This document shows positions 19,482 through 28,806 of a stretch of DNA of 64,000 bases, piece after piece. The notes beneath the pieces were generated by a model. That model was not told where the DNA came from. It did no database searches and worked only from the letters and a program-made list of their open reading frames with translations. Both the position numbers and the translations under genes were made by a program. Origin of the DNA: Acidobacteriota bacterium (GTDB lineage Bacteria > Acidobacteriota > Vicinamibacteria > Vicinamibacterales > UBA2999); the NCBI GenBank assembly GCA_046727855.1, contig JBKPDL010000036.1, positions 65 to 64,064 on the forward strand, in the 5' to 3' direction. Each line of letters begins with the position of its first letter. Position 1 is the stretch's first letter.

Positions 19482-20345
19482 ATGAAACTGATTCGCTACG
19501 GCGATGCCGGACGCGAACGCCCCGGTCTGCAATTGCCCAACGGCGAGCGGATCGACGTATCGGGCGTCACGCCCGATTTCGATGAACGGTTTTTCTCGGA
19601 CGACGGACTCGACAGGCTGGCGCAATGGGCAGAAACGGACGCGGCGGCCGCTCCCAAGGTGCCGCCGACGGCACGGCTCGGCGCGCCCATCGCAAGGCCC
19701 AACAAGATCGTCTGCATCGGCCTCAACTTCCGCGACCATGCGGCCGAAACCGGCGCGCCGCCGCCACCGGAGCCCGTGATCTTTTTCAAGGCCACAACGG
19801 CGCTGGCCGGCCCCAACGACGATGTCGTCATTCCAAAGGGCGCATCGAAGCTCGATTGGGAAGTGGAGCTCGCCATCATCATCGGTCGTACCGCGCGATA
19901 CGTGTCACGTGAAGCCGCGCTCGCACATATTGCCGGTTACGCACTGCACAACGACTATTCAGAGCGCGGGTTTCAACTCGAACGCGGCGGCCAGTGGGTC
20001 AAGGGCAAAAGTGCCGACACGTTCGCGCCGATCGGTCCGTACCTCGCGACCAAAGACGAAGTGCCTCAGCCGCAGGCGCTGGCAATGTGGCTCAAAGTGA
20101 ATGGCGAATTCCGTCAACGCAGCACGACGGCCAACATGATCTTCGACGTAGCCGCGCTGGTGAGCTACGTGAGCGAATTCATGACGCTGCTTCCGGGCGA
20201 TGTGATCAGCACCGGAACACCGGCTGGCGTGGGGCTCGGCATGAAACCGGAGCCGAGCTACCTCCGTCCGGGCGACCTCGTCGAGCTCGGCATAGAACGT
20301 CTTGGCGACTCGCGCCAGCGGGTCGTGGCGTACAAGGAGTCCTAG
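19482..20345 (+). CDS. fumarylacetoacetate hydrolase (FAH) family protein, candidate 2,4-diketo-3-deoxy-L-fuconate hydrolase
   Basis: 287 aa. MKLIRYG...PNKIVCIGLNFRDHAAE...DWEVELAIIIG...GDVISTGTPAGVG are FAH-family blocks. The specific role is inferred from linkage to L-fuconate dehydratase. Confidence 0.85.
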   Translation: MKLIRYGDAGRERPGLQLPNGERIDVSGVTPDFDERFFSDDGLDRLAQWAETDAAAAPKVPPTARLGAPIARPNKIVCIGLNFRDHAAETGAPPPPEPVIFFKATTALAGPNDDVVIPKGASKLDWEVELAIIIGRTARYVSREAALAHIAGYALHNDYSERGFQLERGGQWVKGKSADTFAPIGPYLATKDEVPQPQALAMWLKVNGEFRQRSTTANMIFDVAALVSYVSEFMTLLPGDVISTGTPAGVGLGMKPEPSYLRPGDLVELGIERLGDSRQRVVAYKES

Positions 20346-20347
20346 TG

Positions 20348-21325
20348 ATGCGACGCATCGTTGCCGCCAGTCTGCTCCTCGCGGCGCTGACCGGCTGCTC
20401 GTCCAGTTCAGGCACGCCATCGTCAAATCTCACGCTTGCGGTGATTCCAAAAGGGACGTCGCATGTGTTCTGGCAAAGCGTACATGCCGGCGCACGGCGC
20501 GCCGCAAGGGAGCTGGGTGTGGAGATCGCGTGGCGCGGGCCGCTGCGCGAAGACGATCGCGACGCGCAGATCTCCGAAGTGGAAAACGCCATCGCGCGCG
20601 GCGTGTCGGGCATTGCGCTGGCGCCGCTCGATGAAACCGCGTTGGTCGGACCTGTTGACGCCGCACAAAAACGTGGGATCCCGGTCGTCATCTTCGATTC
20701 CGGCCTGAAGAGCGAGAACTACGTCAGCTTCGTTGCGACCGACAACGACCAGGGCGGCCGGCTCGCCGGCGAGGAGCTCGCCCGGCAGCTCGGCGGGCGT
20801 GGCAAGGTGATGCTCCTCCGCTATGCCGAAGGCCATGACAGCACCGCACGGCGCGAGGAAGGGTTTTTGTCGGCGATTCGCGCCCAGACAGGGATTGAGA
20901 TTCTCAGCTCGAATCAATACGTTGGAGCGGATGTCGAAGGCGCATATAAGCGCATCGAGGCGCTTTTGAGTCAGCACGTCAAACCCGATCGGGAGCTTGA
21001 CATCGACGGCTTGTTTGCGCCGAACGAATCAAGCGCGTTTGCCATGGCGCGGGTGCTGCAGGACAACGGGTGGGCCGGAAAAGTGCGCGCAATCGGCTTC
21101 GATGCCTCGGATAGCTTGATCAAAGCGCTGCGCGATGGCCATCTCAACGCTCTTGTGGTGCAGGATCCCGTGCGCATGGGATATCTCAGCGTCAAGACGC
21201 TGGTGGCGCAGATCAAAGGTGAAAAAGTGGAACGCCGCATCGACACTGGCGTGCGGCTGATCACGCGCGACGTCATGGACCAGCCCGACATTCAGCAGCT
21301 GCTCAAGCCCGACCTCTCGCAATGA
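20348..21325 (+). CDS. sugar ABC transporter substrate-binding lipoprotein (RbsB/periplasmic-binding-protein type I)
   Basis: ATG 20348 within ORF 19994..21325. MRRIVAASLLLAALTGCSSS lipobox, then a type I PBP fold (AVIPKGTSHVFWQSV...VATDNDQGG). Confidence 0.9.
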   Translation: MRRIVAASLLLAALTGCSSSSGTPSSNLTLAVIPKGTSHVFWQSVHAGARRAARELGVEIAWRGPLREDDRDAQISEVENAIARGVSGIALAPLDETALVGPVDAAQKRGIPVVIFDSGLKSENYVSFVATDNDQGGRLAGEELARQLGGRGKVMLLRYAEGHDSTARREEGFLSAIRAQTGIEILSSNQYVGADVEGAYKRIEALLSQHVKPDRELDIDGLFAPNESSAFAMARVLQDNGWAGKVRAIGFDASDSLIKALRDGHLNALVVQDPVRMGYLSVKTLVAQIKGEKVERRIDTGVRLITRDVMDQPDIQQLLKPDLSQ

Positions 21326-22842
21326 ACGCGGCGACGCCCCGGTTCTCCATGCGCGGCATCCGTAAGACCTTTGGCGGGACGGTTGCCGTCGATGGGATCG
21401 ACCTCGAGGTGCCGCCGGGCCAGGTATGCGGCCTCGTCGGACAAAACGGCGCAGGGAAAAGCACGCTGATGGCGGTGCTCGCCGGCGCGCTGCAACCCGA
21501 CGCCGGCGAGATGACCCTGGACGGCGAGCCGTATCGACCGAAAACGCCGCTCGACGCGCGGCGCGCCGGCGTCACGATGATCTATCAGGAGCTGTCGCTT
21601 GCGCCGCATCTGTCGGTGGCCGAAAACATCTCCTTGGGCGTGGAACCTGGACGGTTCGGCCTGGTCTCGAAGCGCGAACTCCGCGCCACCGCCGTGCGCG
21701 CGCTCGGCGAGTTGGGACATCCCGACATCGATTGCGACGCGCCCGTGTCGTCTTTGTCGGTCGCCGAGCAGCAAATCATCGAAATCGCGCGCGCGCTCGC
21801 TGGCGGATCGCGAGTGCTGGTGCTGGACGAGCCGACGAGCAGTCTCGGCGGCGAGGACGTCGAGCGGCTATTCGCGCTTGTTGCACGACTCAAGAAGCAG
21901 GGACACGCGATCGTCTACATCTCACATTTCATCGAGGAGGTCACACGCATCGCCGATCGCATCGTCGTGTTACGCGATGGGCGGATTGCCGGCGGAGGTT
22001 TCTCGTACGAGCTCGCGTCAAAGGACATCGTCAGCTTGATGGTAGGACGAACTGTCGACGAGCTCTACCCGCGCAGCGCGCGCCGGGCAGGCGAACCGCT
22101 CCTGCAGATTGATCCGCTCGTGCCGGGGTCGCACGCCCTCACGCTTCATCGCGGCGAGATCGTGGGCATTGCCGGCCTTGTCGGCGCGGGACGCACCCGC
22201 CTGTTGCGGACGATCGCCGGCCTCGAACCCGTGGCCTCCGGACGCGTGCGCGTGCTCGCGGCGCACGGCCTGGGCATGCTCAGCGAGGACCGCAAAGGTG
22301 AGGGGCTGGCCGTCGGCCTGGGCATTGCGGACAACGTGACCTTGTCGCGCCTCGAAGGGCTCGGGCCTGGACCGTTTGTCTCTCCGCGCCGGCAGCGGTC
22401 AGTCGCGGCGATGTGGATGGAGCGCCTGCAGGTGCGCGCCGCGGGCGCGGACCAGCCGGTCGAGGAATTATCCGGAGGTAATCAGCAGAAGATCGCTTTC
22501 GCACGGCTGCTCCATCAGGATGTCGATGTGTTGATTCTGGACGAGCCCACCCGCGGCATCGACGTGGCAAGCAAAGCACAGATTTACGCGTTGATCGACG
22601 AGTTGGTGGCCGGAGGCGGGGCCGAAGCCCCGTCGCCACGCAGCAGCGCGGCTTTGGCCGCGCCGTCACCACAATCACCAAAATCGGTTCTGATGGTCAG
22701 CAGCTACTGGCCCGAGCTGTTCGGCCTTTGCGATCGCGTGGCAGTCATGCACCGCGGCCGCCTCGGACCCGCGCGACCGGTCGCCGAGTGGGACGAGCAC
22801 GCGCTGATGATGGCGGCAACCGGCGCCGGAGACGCCGAGTGA
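21322..22842 (+). CDS. sugar ABC transporter ATP-binding protein (two fused ABC domains)
   Basis: 506 aa. Walker A GQNGAGKST, signatures LSVAEQQ and LSGGNQQK, Walker B VLVLDEPTS / ILDEPTRGID. Carries a low-complexity insert (see findings). Confidence 0.9.
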   Translation: MNAATPRFSMRGIRKTFGGTVAVDGIDLEVPPGQVCGLVGQNGAGKSTLMAVLAGALQPDAGEMTLDGEPYRPKTPLDARRAGVTMIYQELSLAPHLSVAENISLGVEPGRFGLVSKRELRATAVRALGELGHPDIDCDAPVSSLSVAEQQIIEIARALAGGSRVLVLDEPTSSLGGEDVERLFALVARLKKQGHAIVYISHFIEEVTRIADRIVVLRDGRIAGGGFSYELASKDIVSLMVGRTVDELYPRSARRAGEPLLQIDPLVPGSHALTLHRGEIVGIAGLVGAGRTRLLRTIAGLEPVASGRVRVLAAHGLGMLSEDRKGEGLAVGLGIADNVTLSRLEGLGPGPFVSPRRQRSVAAMWMERLQVRAAGADQPVEELSGGNQQKIAFARLLHQDVDVLILDEPTRGIDVASKAQIYALIDELVAGGGAEAPSPRSSAALAAPSPQSPKSVLMVSSYWPELFGLCDRVAVMHRGRLGPARPVAEWDEHALMMAATGAGDAE

Positions 22843-23786
22843 ATCGACGCGCCGTTGCTGTCATTGCAGGTCCTGTGCTGGGCCTCACGTTCGTCACCTT
22901 CGTTTTCACCTTGCTCATCGGCCGCTCGTTTCTCGGCATCGACAACATCGAGTTGATCGCGCGGCAAACCGCGGTGGTATGCGCGGCAGCACTTGGCATG
23001 ACGATGATCATCGTGTCGGCCGGGATCGATTTGTCCGTGGGCTCGGTCGTGGCGCTGACCACGGTCGTGATCGCGCAGATGCTCCGCTGGGGGAGCGATC
23101 CGGCGATTGCGGCGGGCGCGGCGGTGGCTACCGCCGCCGCGTGCGGAATGATCAACGGCGTGCTCGTCACTCAATTGCGTGTGGTGCCGTTCATCGTGAC
23201 GCTGGGCACGATGATTCTGATCCGCGGTGCCGCAAAAGGGCTCGCTGAGGAACGGCGGATCGAAGCGCCCGCCACCTGGCTCAACGACCTGCTACGCTCG
23301 GTCGCAGGTGATCGCGGGCTCCTGATGCCCTCGGGCATCTGGCTCGTCGCCCTGCTCGCGCTCGTGGTCGCGGCGACGCTTCGCTACACCCGCTTTGGAC
23401 GGCATTTGTTCGCCATCGGATCCAACGAGCGCACCGCACGTCTGTGCGGCGTGCCCGTCACGCGCCGCAAAGTCACGGTTTACGCACTGGGTGCCGCGCT
23501 CGCCGGCGTTGCAGGTGTGCTGCAGTTTTCGCGGTTGTCGGTTGGCGATCCGACTGTGGCGGATGGCCTCGAGCTCGACGTCATTGCCGCAGTGATCATC
23601 GGCGGCGGCAGCCTGTCCGGGGGACACGGCACCGTGCTCGGCACTGTGCTGGGCGCGACCACGATGGCGGTGATTCAAATCGGCTGCGCCCAGCGCGGTT
23701 TCGCGAACTGGGTGCAACAGATCGTCACCGGCGCCATCATTGTTCTGGCGGTGGCGCTGGATCGCTGGCGCTATCGCGCGAGATAA
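22839..23786 (+). CDS. sugar ABC transporter permease (RbsC/branched-chain type)
   Basis: GTG 22839 (GTGA overlap with the ATPase stop) within ORF 22728..23786. Multi-TM protein with the conserved [12 protein letters not shown] block. Confidence 0.85.
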   Translation: MNRRAVAVIAGPVLGLTFVTFVFTLLIGRSFLGIDNIELIARQTAVVCAAALGMTMIIVSAGIDLSVGSVVALTTVVIAQMLRWGSDPAIAAGAAVATAAACGMINGVLVTQLRVVPFIVTLGTMILIRGAAKGLAEERRIEAPATWLNDLLRSVAGDRGLLMPSGIWLVALLALVVAATLRYTRFGRHLFAIGSNERTARLCGVPVTRRKVTVYALGAALAGVAGVLQFSRLSVGDPTVADGLELDVIAAVIIGGGSLSGGHGTVLGTVLGATTMAVIQIGCAQRGFANWVQQIVTGAIIVLAVALDRWRYRAR

Positions 23787-23788
23787 GC

Positions 23789-25093
23789 ATGTCGCTCTTC
23801 GTCACCGAGATGCGCGTGCTCGACATCCGGTTCCCGACGGCACGTGCCGCCGTCGGCACCGATGCGATGCACCCGGATCCCAATTACTCCGCGGCGTACG
23901 TCATCCTCGAAACGAATGACGGCGGACTCGAAGGACACGGACTCACGTTCACCATCGGCCGCGGCAACGAAGTGTGTGTGGCTGCCATCCACGCCTTCCG
24001 CGAGCACGTCGTCGGACGCCGTGTTGCCGATCTCACGCACGATCTCGGGGCGTTCTGGCGGCAACTCGCCGGCGATTCACAACTGCGATGGCTCGGACCC
24101 GAAAAGGGCGTCATCCACCTCGCGATGGCTGCCGTGGTAAACGCGGTATGGGATCTGTACGCGAAGGTCGAAGGCAAGCCGATATGGAAGCTGCTCGCGG
24201 ACATGACGCCGCAGGAATTGGTCCGCTGTATCGACTTCCGTTATCTCACCGACGCGCTCACGCCTGACGAAGCGCTCGATCTTCTGCAACGCCAGCAGCC
24301 TGGCAAAGCCGATCGCGAACGCACGCTTTTTCGATCGGGATATCCGGCGTACACGACATCCGCCGGCTGGATCGGATACTCCGACGAGCGCATTCGTCAG
24401 GCCTGTCGTGATGCGCTGGCACAGGGCTGGACACACTTCAAAGTGAAAGTTGGCGGCGCACCGGAGGACGATGCGCGGCGCGTCGCGCTGGTGCGAGAGG
24501 CGATCGGCCAGGAACACATCTTGATGATCGACGCCAATCAGCGGTGGGACGTCGGCGAAGCTATTGCGAGAGTGAAGGCGCTGAGCCGGTTCAAGCTGCT
24601 CTGGATCGAAGAGCCAACCAGTCCGGACGATGTTCTCGGCCACGCCGCGATCGCGCGGGCAGTGGCACCGGTCGGCGTCGCCACAGGCGAACACTGCGCC
24701 AATCGCGTGCTGTTCAAGCAGTTGCTTCAGGCCGGCGCAATGAGCTACTGCCAAATCGACAGCTGCCGCCTCGGCGGCGTCAACGAAAATCTCGCCGTCA
24801 TTCTCCTCGCCGCCAAGTTCGGCGTGCCGGTATGCCCACATGCCGGCGGCGTCGGCCTCTGCGAACTGGTGCAGCACTTGTCGATGTTCGACTTCATCGC
24901 GGTAACGGGAACAATGGAGCGCCGCGTCACCGAATTCGTTGATCATCTGCACGAGCACTTCGTGGACCCTGTCGTGATCAGAAACGCGCGCTATATGCCG
25001 CCGCTCCGGCCCGGCTACTCGGCAACGATCCAGCCGGAGTCCCGCGAGTACTATTCGTATCCGGACGGTCGCGCATGGGCAGAGTCGTCGTAG
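23789..25093 (+). CDS. fucD: L-fuconate dehydratase (enolase superfamily, mandelate racemase subgroup)
   Basis: ATG 23789 within ORF 23444..25093. [51 protein letters not shown] matches my recollection of the characterised Xanthomonas FucD N-terminus. Confidence 0.8.
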   Translation: MSLFVTEMRVLDIRFPTARAAVGTDAMHPDPNYSAAYVILETNDGGLEGHGLTFTIGRGNEVCVAAIHAFREHVVGRRVADLTHDLGAFWRQLAGDSQLRWLGPEKGVIHLAMAAVVNAVWDLYAKVEGKPIWKLLADMTPQELVRCIDFRYLTDALTPDEALDLLQRQQPGKADRERTLFRSGYPAYTTSAGWIGYSDERIRQACRDALAQGWTHFKVKVGGAPEDDARRVALVREAIGQEHILMIDANQRWDVGEAIARVKALSRFKLLWIEEPTSPDDVLGHAAIARAVAPVGVATGEHCANRVLFKQLLQAGAMSYCQIDSCRLGGVNENLAVILLAAKFGVPVCPHAGGVGLCELVQHLSMFDFIAVTGTMERRVTEFVDHLHEHFVDPVVIRNARYMPPLRPGYSATIQPESREYYSYPDGRAWAESS

Positions 25094-27375
25094 CAATTGC
25101 GCTCGCGCTTCTGGCGCAGGCGCCGCCAACCGGTCGAACGAGCGCGCCGCGTGGAGAGCACGTGCTCTGGTACCGGGCTGCCGCGCCACAGTGGGATCAC
25201 GCCATGCCGCTCGGCAACGGACGGCTCGGCGCGATGGTATTCGGCAACGTCAATCGCGAACGCATTCAACTCAACGAACAGACGTTGTGGATGGGTGGGC
25301 CGCGAGAGCGGGACAATCCGGATGCGTTGACGCATTTACCCGAAGTTCGACGACTGCTGTTCGAGGGAAAGCCGCGCGAAGCGTACGCGGTCGCCGAACG
25401 CTATCTCATGGGCAAGCCGTCGCGTCTCGAGTCCTACCAGACGCTCGGCGATCTACGGCTCAATTTCGATTACGAAGATCCAATCACAGACTATCGCCGC
25501 GAGCTCGATCTGGATACGGCAGTGGCGCGCGTCTCGTACCTCGTCAACGGCGTCGGTTATACCCGCGAGACCTTCGTCTCGCATCCCGATCAGGCGATCG
25601 TTGTTCGCGTCACGGCCGATCGACCCCGACAGGTGACCGTTGGCGTCTGGATGGACCGATCGCAGGACGCCACCACGACCATCGCTGGCAATGACCGGCT
25701 CGATCTGGCCGGGAAACTAGGCGGAGGCGCCGGCTTGTCCTTTCTTGCGTCGGCAAAGGTGATGGCCGAGGGCGGTACGCAGGAGACCTTTCCCGAGCGC
25801 ATCTTCGTCGAGGGCGCCGACGCCGTCACGATCGTTCTTGCGGCGCGGACCTCGTTTCGCAGCAGCGATCCGGCAGCACGGGTCGCGCACGACATCCGCG
25901 GTGCAACGGCAAAGCCGCATTCACGGCTCCTTGCAGATCACGTGGCCGATCACCAGCGGCTGTTCCAACGCGTCGATTTCCAGCTTGACGCGCCGGTTGC
26001 TGCCGACGTCGCGGCGATGCCCACCGATCAACGGCTCGAGCGCGTCAAGGCGGGCCAGTCCGACGCAGGAGTGGATTCACTCTTCTTTCAATTCGGGCGC
26101 TACCTTTTGATCGCGAGCAGCCGTCCGGGCAATCTGCCCGCGAACCTGCAGGGCCTTTGGAACGACAGCATGAGCCCACCGTGGGATGCCGACTATCACC
26201 TCAACATCAACCTGCAGATGAATTACTGGCCGGCGGAGGTCACCAACCTCGCGGAGTTGCACGAGCCGCTGTTTGATTTTCTCGAGTCGTTACGCGAGCC
26301 CGGCCGGCGGACGGCGCGCATCCACTACGGCGCGCGCGGATTCGTCGCGCATCACATCTCAGACGTATGGGGCTTCACATCGCCGGGCGACCTGCCGCGT
26401 TCCGGTCTGTGGCCCACGGGCGCGGCATGGCTGACGCAGCATCTCTGGGAGCACTATCAGTTCGGCCTCGATCGCGCGTTCCTTGAGCGCGCGTATCCGA
26501 CCATGAAGGAAGCCGCCGATTTCTTTCTCGATTATCTTGTTGCCGACCCCAAAGGGCGGCTGGTAAGTGGTCCGTCTGTCTCGCCGGAGAATCGCTATCG
26601 TCTGCCGAACGGGCAGGTCGGCATTCTGACGATGGGACCCTCAATGGATCACCAGATCATCGCGGGCCTCTTTCTTCAGACGGAACGCGCGAGCGAGCTT
26701 CTTGGCGTCGACGCGGCGTTCCGTCAAACGCTCGCAGCCTCACGGGCGAAACTGCCCGCTCCCGCAATCGGCAAACACGGGCAGATTCAGGAGTGGTCCG
26801 AAGACTACGACGAGCCCGAGCCCGGTCATCGCCACATCTCGCAACTCTTCGCCTTGCATCCCGGCGATCAAATCACGATGCGCGGCACGCCGGCGCTCGC
26901 ACGCGCGGCGCGCGCCACCATCGAGCGGCGCCTGGCGCATGGCGGTGGCCACACCGGCTGGAGCCGCGCGTGGATCATCAACTTTTGGGCGCGGCTCGAG
27001 GACGGCGAACAGGCGTACGAGAACTACCAGGCGCTGCTTGCAAAGTCCACGCTCCCCAACCTGTGGGACCTGCATCCGCCGTTTCAAATCGACGGCAACT
27101 TCGGAGGCACGGCCGGCGTTGCGGAGATGCTCGTGCAAAGCCACGCGGGTGAAATCCATTTGCTGCCGGCGCTGCCGCGTGCCTGGTCCAACGGTATGGT
27201 TCGCGGTCTGCGCGCGCGCGGCAACGTCGAAATCGCCATCGAGTGGAACGGCGGTCGCGTGCAGCGTGCAACGTTCATGTCAACGACGGGAGGCGCGCAT
27301 CGGATTCGCGTCAACGGCAGCGCGTCCGAAATCTCGCTGAAGCCCGGTCATCCTTACGAGATGACGTTCAACTAG
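25075..27375 (+). CDS. glycoside hydrolase family 95 (alpha-L-fucosidase)
   Basis: 766 aa. Signal peptide. [27 protein letters not shown]...[11 protein letters not shown] is the GH95 N-domain signature. The TAG stop (27373-27375) lies inside repeat unit P. Confidence 0.9.
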   Translation: MGRVVVAIALALLAQAPPTGRTSAPRGEHVLWYRAAAPQWDHAMPLGNGRLGAMVFGNVNRERIQLNEQTLWMGGPRERDNPDALTHLPEVRRLLFEGKPREAYAVAERYLMGKPSRLESYQTLGDLRLNFDYEDPITDYRRELDLDTAVARVSYLVNGVGYTRETFVSHPDQAIVVRVTADRPRQVTVGVWMDRSQDATTTIAGNDRLDLAGKLGGGAGLSFLASAKVMAEGGTQETFPERIFVEGADAVTIVLAARTSFRSSDPAARVAHDIRGATAKPHSRLLADHVADHQRLFQRVDFQLDAPVAADVAAMPTDQRLERVKAGQSDAGVDSLFFQFGRYLLIASSRPGNLPANLQGLWNDSMSPPWDADYHLNINLQMNYWPAEVTNLAELHEPLFDFLESLREPGRRTARIHYGARGFVAHHISDVWGFTSPGDLPRSGLWPTGAAWLTQHLWEHYQFGLDRAFLERAYPTMKEAADFFLDYLVADPKGRLVSGPSVSPENRYRLPNGQVGILTMGPSMDHQIIAGLFLQTERASELLGVDAAFRQTLAASRAKLPAPAIGKHGQIQEWSEDYDEPEPGHRHISQLFALHPGDQITMRGTPALARAARATIERRLAHGGGHTGWSRAWIINFWARLEDGEQAYENYQALLAKSTLPNLWDLHPPFQIDGNFGGTAGVAEMLVQSHAGEIHLLPALPRAWSNGMVRGLRARGNVEIAIEWNGGRVQRATFMSTTGGAHRIRVNGSASEISLKPGHPYEMTFN

Positions 27376-27425
27376 CCAAGGGCCCTGCCCTTGATATCCG
27401 GCTAACTCCGCGGCCCTTGCCTAGT
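27371..27425. repeat. 55-nt palindromic repeat unit P, copy 1 (REP/MITE-like hairpin)
   Basis: ACTAGCCAAGGGCC...GGCCCTTGCCTAGT. It is the reverse complement of the copies at 28391-28445 and 56936-56990 with 1 mismatch (hand alignment). Confidence 0.9.
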
Positions 27426-27512
27426 TGGCTTGGCGCGCTCCGCGCGCCGTAGACCGTTATGCGGGTCCACAACGCGTACAAAATTCACGTCTGTGGCCGC
27501 ATAACGGTCTAA
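27426..27512. repeat. 87-nt repeat unit Q, copy 1 (two internal hairpins)
   Basis: Contains GGCGCGC-TCC-GCGCGCC and TAGACCGTTATGCGG...CCGCATAACGGTCTA. The inverted copy lies at 28295-28381, with ~3 mismatches by hand alignment. Confidence 0.9.
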
Positions 27513-27527
27513 GTCTGCCCGCGCGCG

Positions 27528-28046
27528 TCACGGCGCCTTGGGAACTGTCCAGAGGAACAACTCGACTTCGTCGGCAAGAAGGCGGCGGTCGGGCGCCCAC
27601 TTCCCAATCTGAAACTGTTCCGAAACAACTCTGGTCCCGGGTTTGAGCTCGGCGCGAAGTTTTGGTTCGAGCCGCGCGTTGACCGAGTTCGACAGGTACA
27701 ACGTCACCACGGTCGCTTTCGAAATATCCGCTGCGAACAGATCACCTTCGATAAAGGTGACCCGATCGCCGACGCCGCTTTCCTGCGCAATCTGGCGGGC
27801 GATCGCCACCAGCTTGGGATCGAGCTCGATACCAACCCCGCGTGACCCATACTTCTGTGCCGCGAGGATGACGATGCGGCCGTCGCCGGATCCGAGATCG
27901 TAAACAATATCGTCCTTGCTGACGCCGGCGAGCCGCAGCATGGCATCGGCAACGGCGTGACGCGTCGGGACGAAAAAGATGTCGGGCGTGCGGGCTGGCG
28001 CTTGCGTCATGAAAAGCGCGGCCGCGAGCAGGGAAAGACTCTTCAT
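27528..28046 (-). CDS. class I SAM-dependent methyltransferase with N-terminal signal peptide
   Basis: 172 aa. MKSLSLLAAALFMTQAPA leader, motif I VYDLGSGDGRIVI, post-I GIELD, then FIEGDLF. The only gene between the inverted P/Q arms. Confidence 0.8.
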   Translation of the reverse strand: MKSLSLLAAALFMTQAPARTPDIFFVPTRHAVADAMLRLAGVSKDDIVYDLGSGDGRIVILAAQKYGSRGVGIELDPKLVAIARQIAQESGVGDRVTFIEGDLFAADISKATVVTLYLSNSVNARLEPKLRAELKPGTRVVSEQFQIGKWAPDRRLLADEVELFLWTVPKAP

Positions 28047-28294
28047 GGCCCTTCCTACGATATCGCTGGTTGCGTTGCGCTGTGTTTGTGCGGGATGAAA
28101 ACGGTTCCATGCTCATCGACGACGTCGGTGCGCGATCTCGTCCATGCTGCCCGCGGGTTTCGAAAACAGGTGCGCGGATACGAGCTCTGGACGCTCTTTG
28201 TGCCCGCCGAAGCCGGCGTACGGACCAGGCGGCTCGGGACCGATCGCGATTTTCAGGCGACGAAGCTGCCGGTCTTTCGCATGAGATTGCTGGG

Positions 28295-28381
28295 TTAGAC
28301 CGTTACGCGGCCACAGACATGAATTTTGTACGCGTTGTGGACCCGCATAACGGTCTACAGCGCGCGGAGCGCGCCAAGCCA
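28295..28381. repeat. repeat unit Q, copy 2 (inverted)
   Basis: Reverse complement of 27426-27512 apart from ~3 substitutions. Followed by a 9-nt spacer ACAACAAGA, then P copy 2. Confidence 0.9.
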
Positions 28382-28390
28382 ACAACAAGA

Positions 28391-28445
28391 ACTAGCCAAG
28401 GGCCGCGGAGTTAGCCGGATATCAAGGGCAGGGCCCTTGGCTAGT
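28391..28445. repeat. palindromic repeat unit P, copy 2
   Basis: ACTAGCCAAGGGCCGCGGAGTTAGCCGGATATCAAGGGCAGGGCCCTTGGCTAGT. Identical to 56936-56990; identity extends over 61 nt (28387-28447 = 56932-56992). Confidence 0.95.
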
Positions 28446-28447
28446 TC

Positions 28448-28806
28448 GGAGCAGCCAGTCTGCTGCTCACGGCCATCGGCGTGTACGGGCTCGTCGCGCA
28501 CGGCGTCGCCCGGCGCATCCGCGAGATCGGCATCCGCATGGAACTCGGGCGACCGCTGGCGAAGTGATCGCCCGCGTGACCCGCTCGGCGATCAGGGCGG
28601 CTGTCGTTGGCGCCACCAGCGGCATCGCGATCGCGATCGTGTTCACGAGGATGCTGCAGGCAGTGGTTTATGGCGTGCAGACCACCGGCGCCGTCTCCTA
28701 CGTCTCGGCTGCTGCGGTCTTATTGCTTGTTACGGCTGGTTCGGCATTTCTCCCGGCCCTGCAGGCAACTCGCATCAACGCGGTCGACGTGCTGCGTTCG
28801 GAGTGA
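28448..28806 (+). pseudogene. FtsX/MacB-type (ADOP-like) ABC permease remnant: last ~115 codons only, plus a frameshift
   Basis: Own translation gives [34 protein letters not shown], then a frame break at the GGG run 28547-28549. One extra G would give [18 protein letters not shown] 28564..28806 then continues to ...LPALQATRINAVDVLRSE, the canonical FtsX C-terminus. Begins directly at the end of repeat P. Confidence 0.8.

Noticed and set aside
27425-27646. ORFs 27425..27646 (+) and 28113..28388 (-) share the peptide AWRAPRAVDRYAGPQRVQNS, which at first looked like a duplicated small gene
   Set aside because: The shared peptide is only the translation of the two inverted copies of repeat unit Q. 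There is no RBS, and the frames diverge as soon as the repeat ends.
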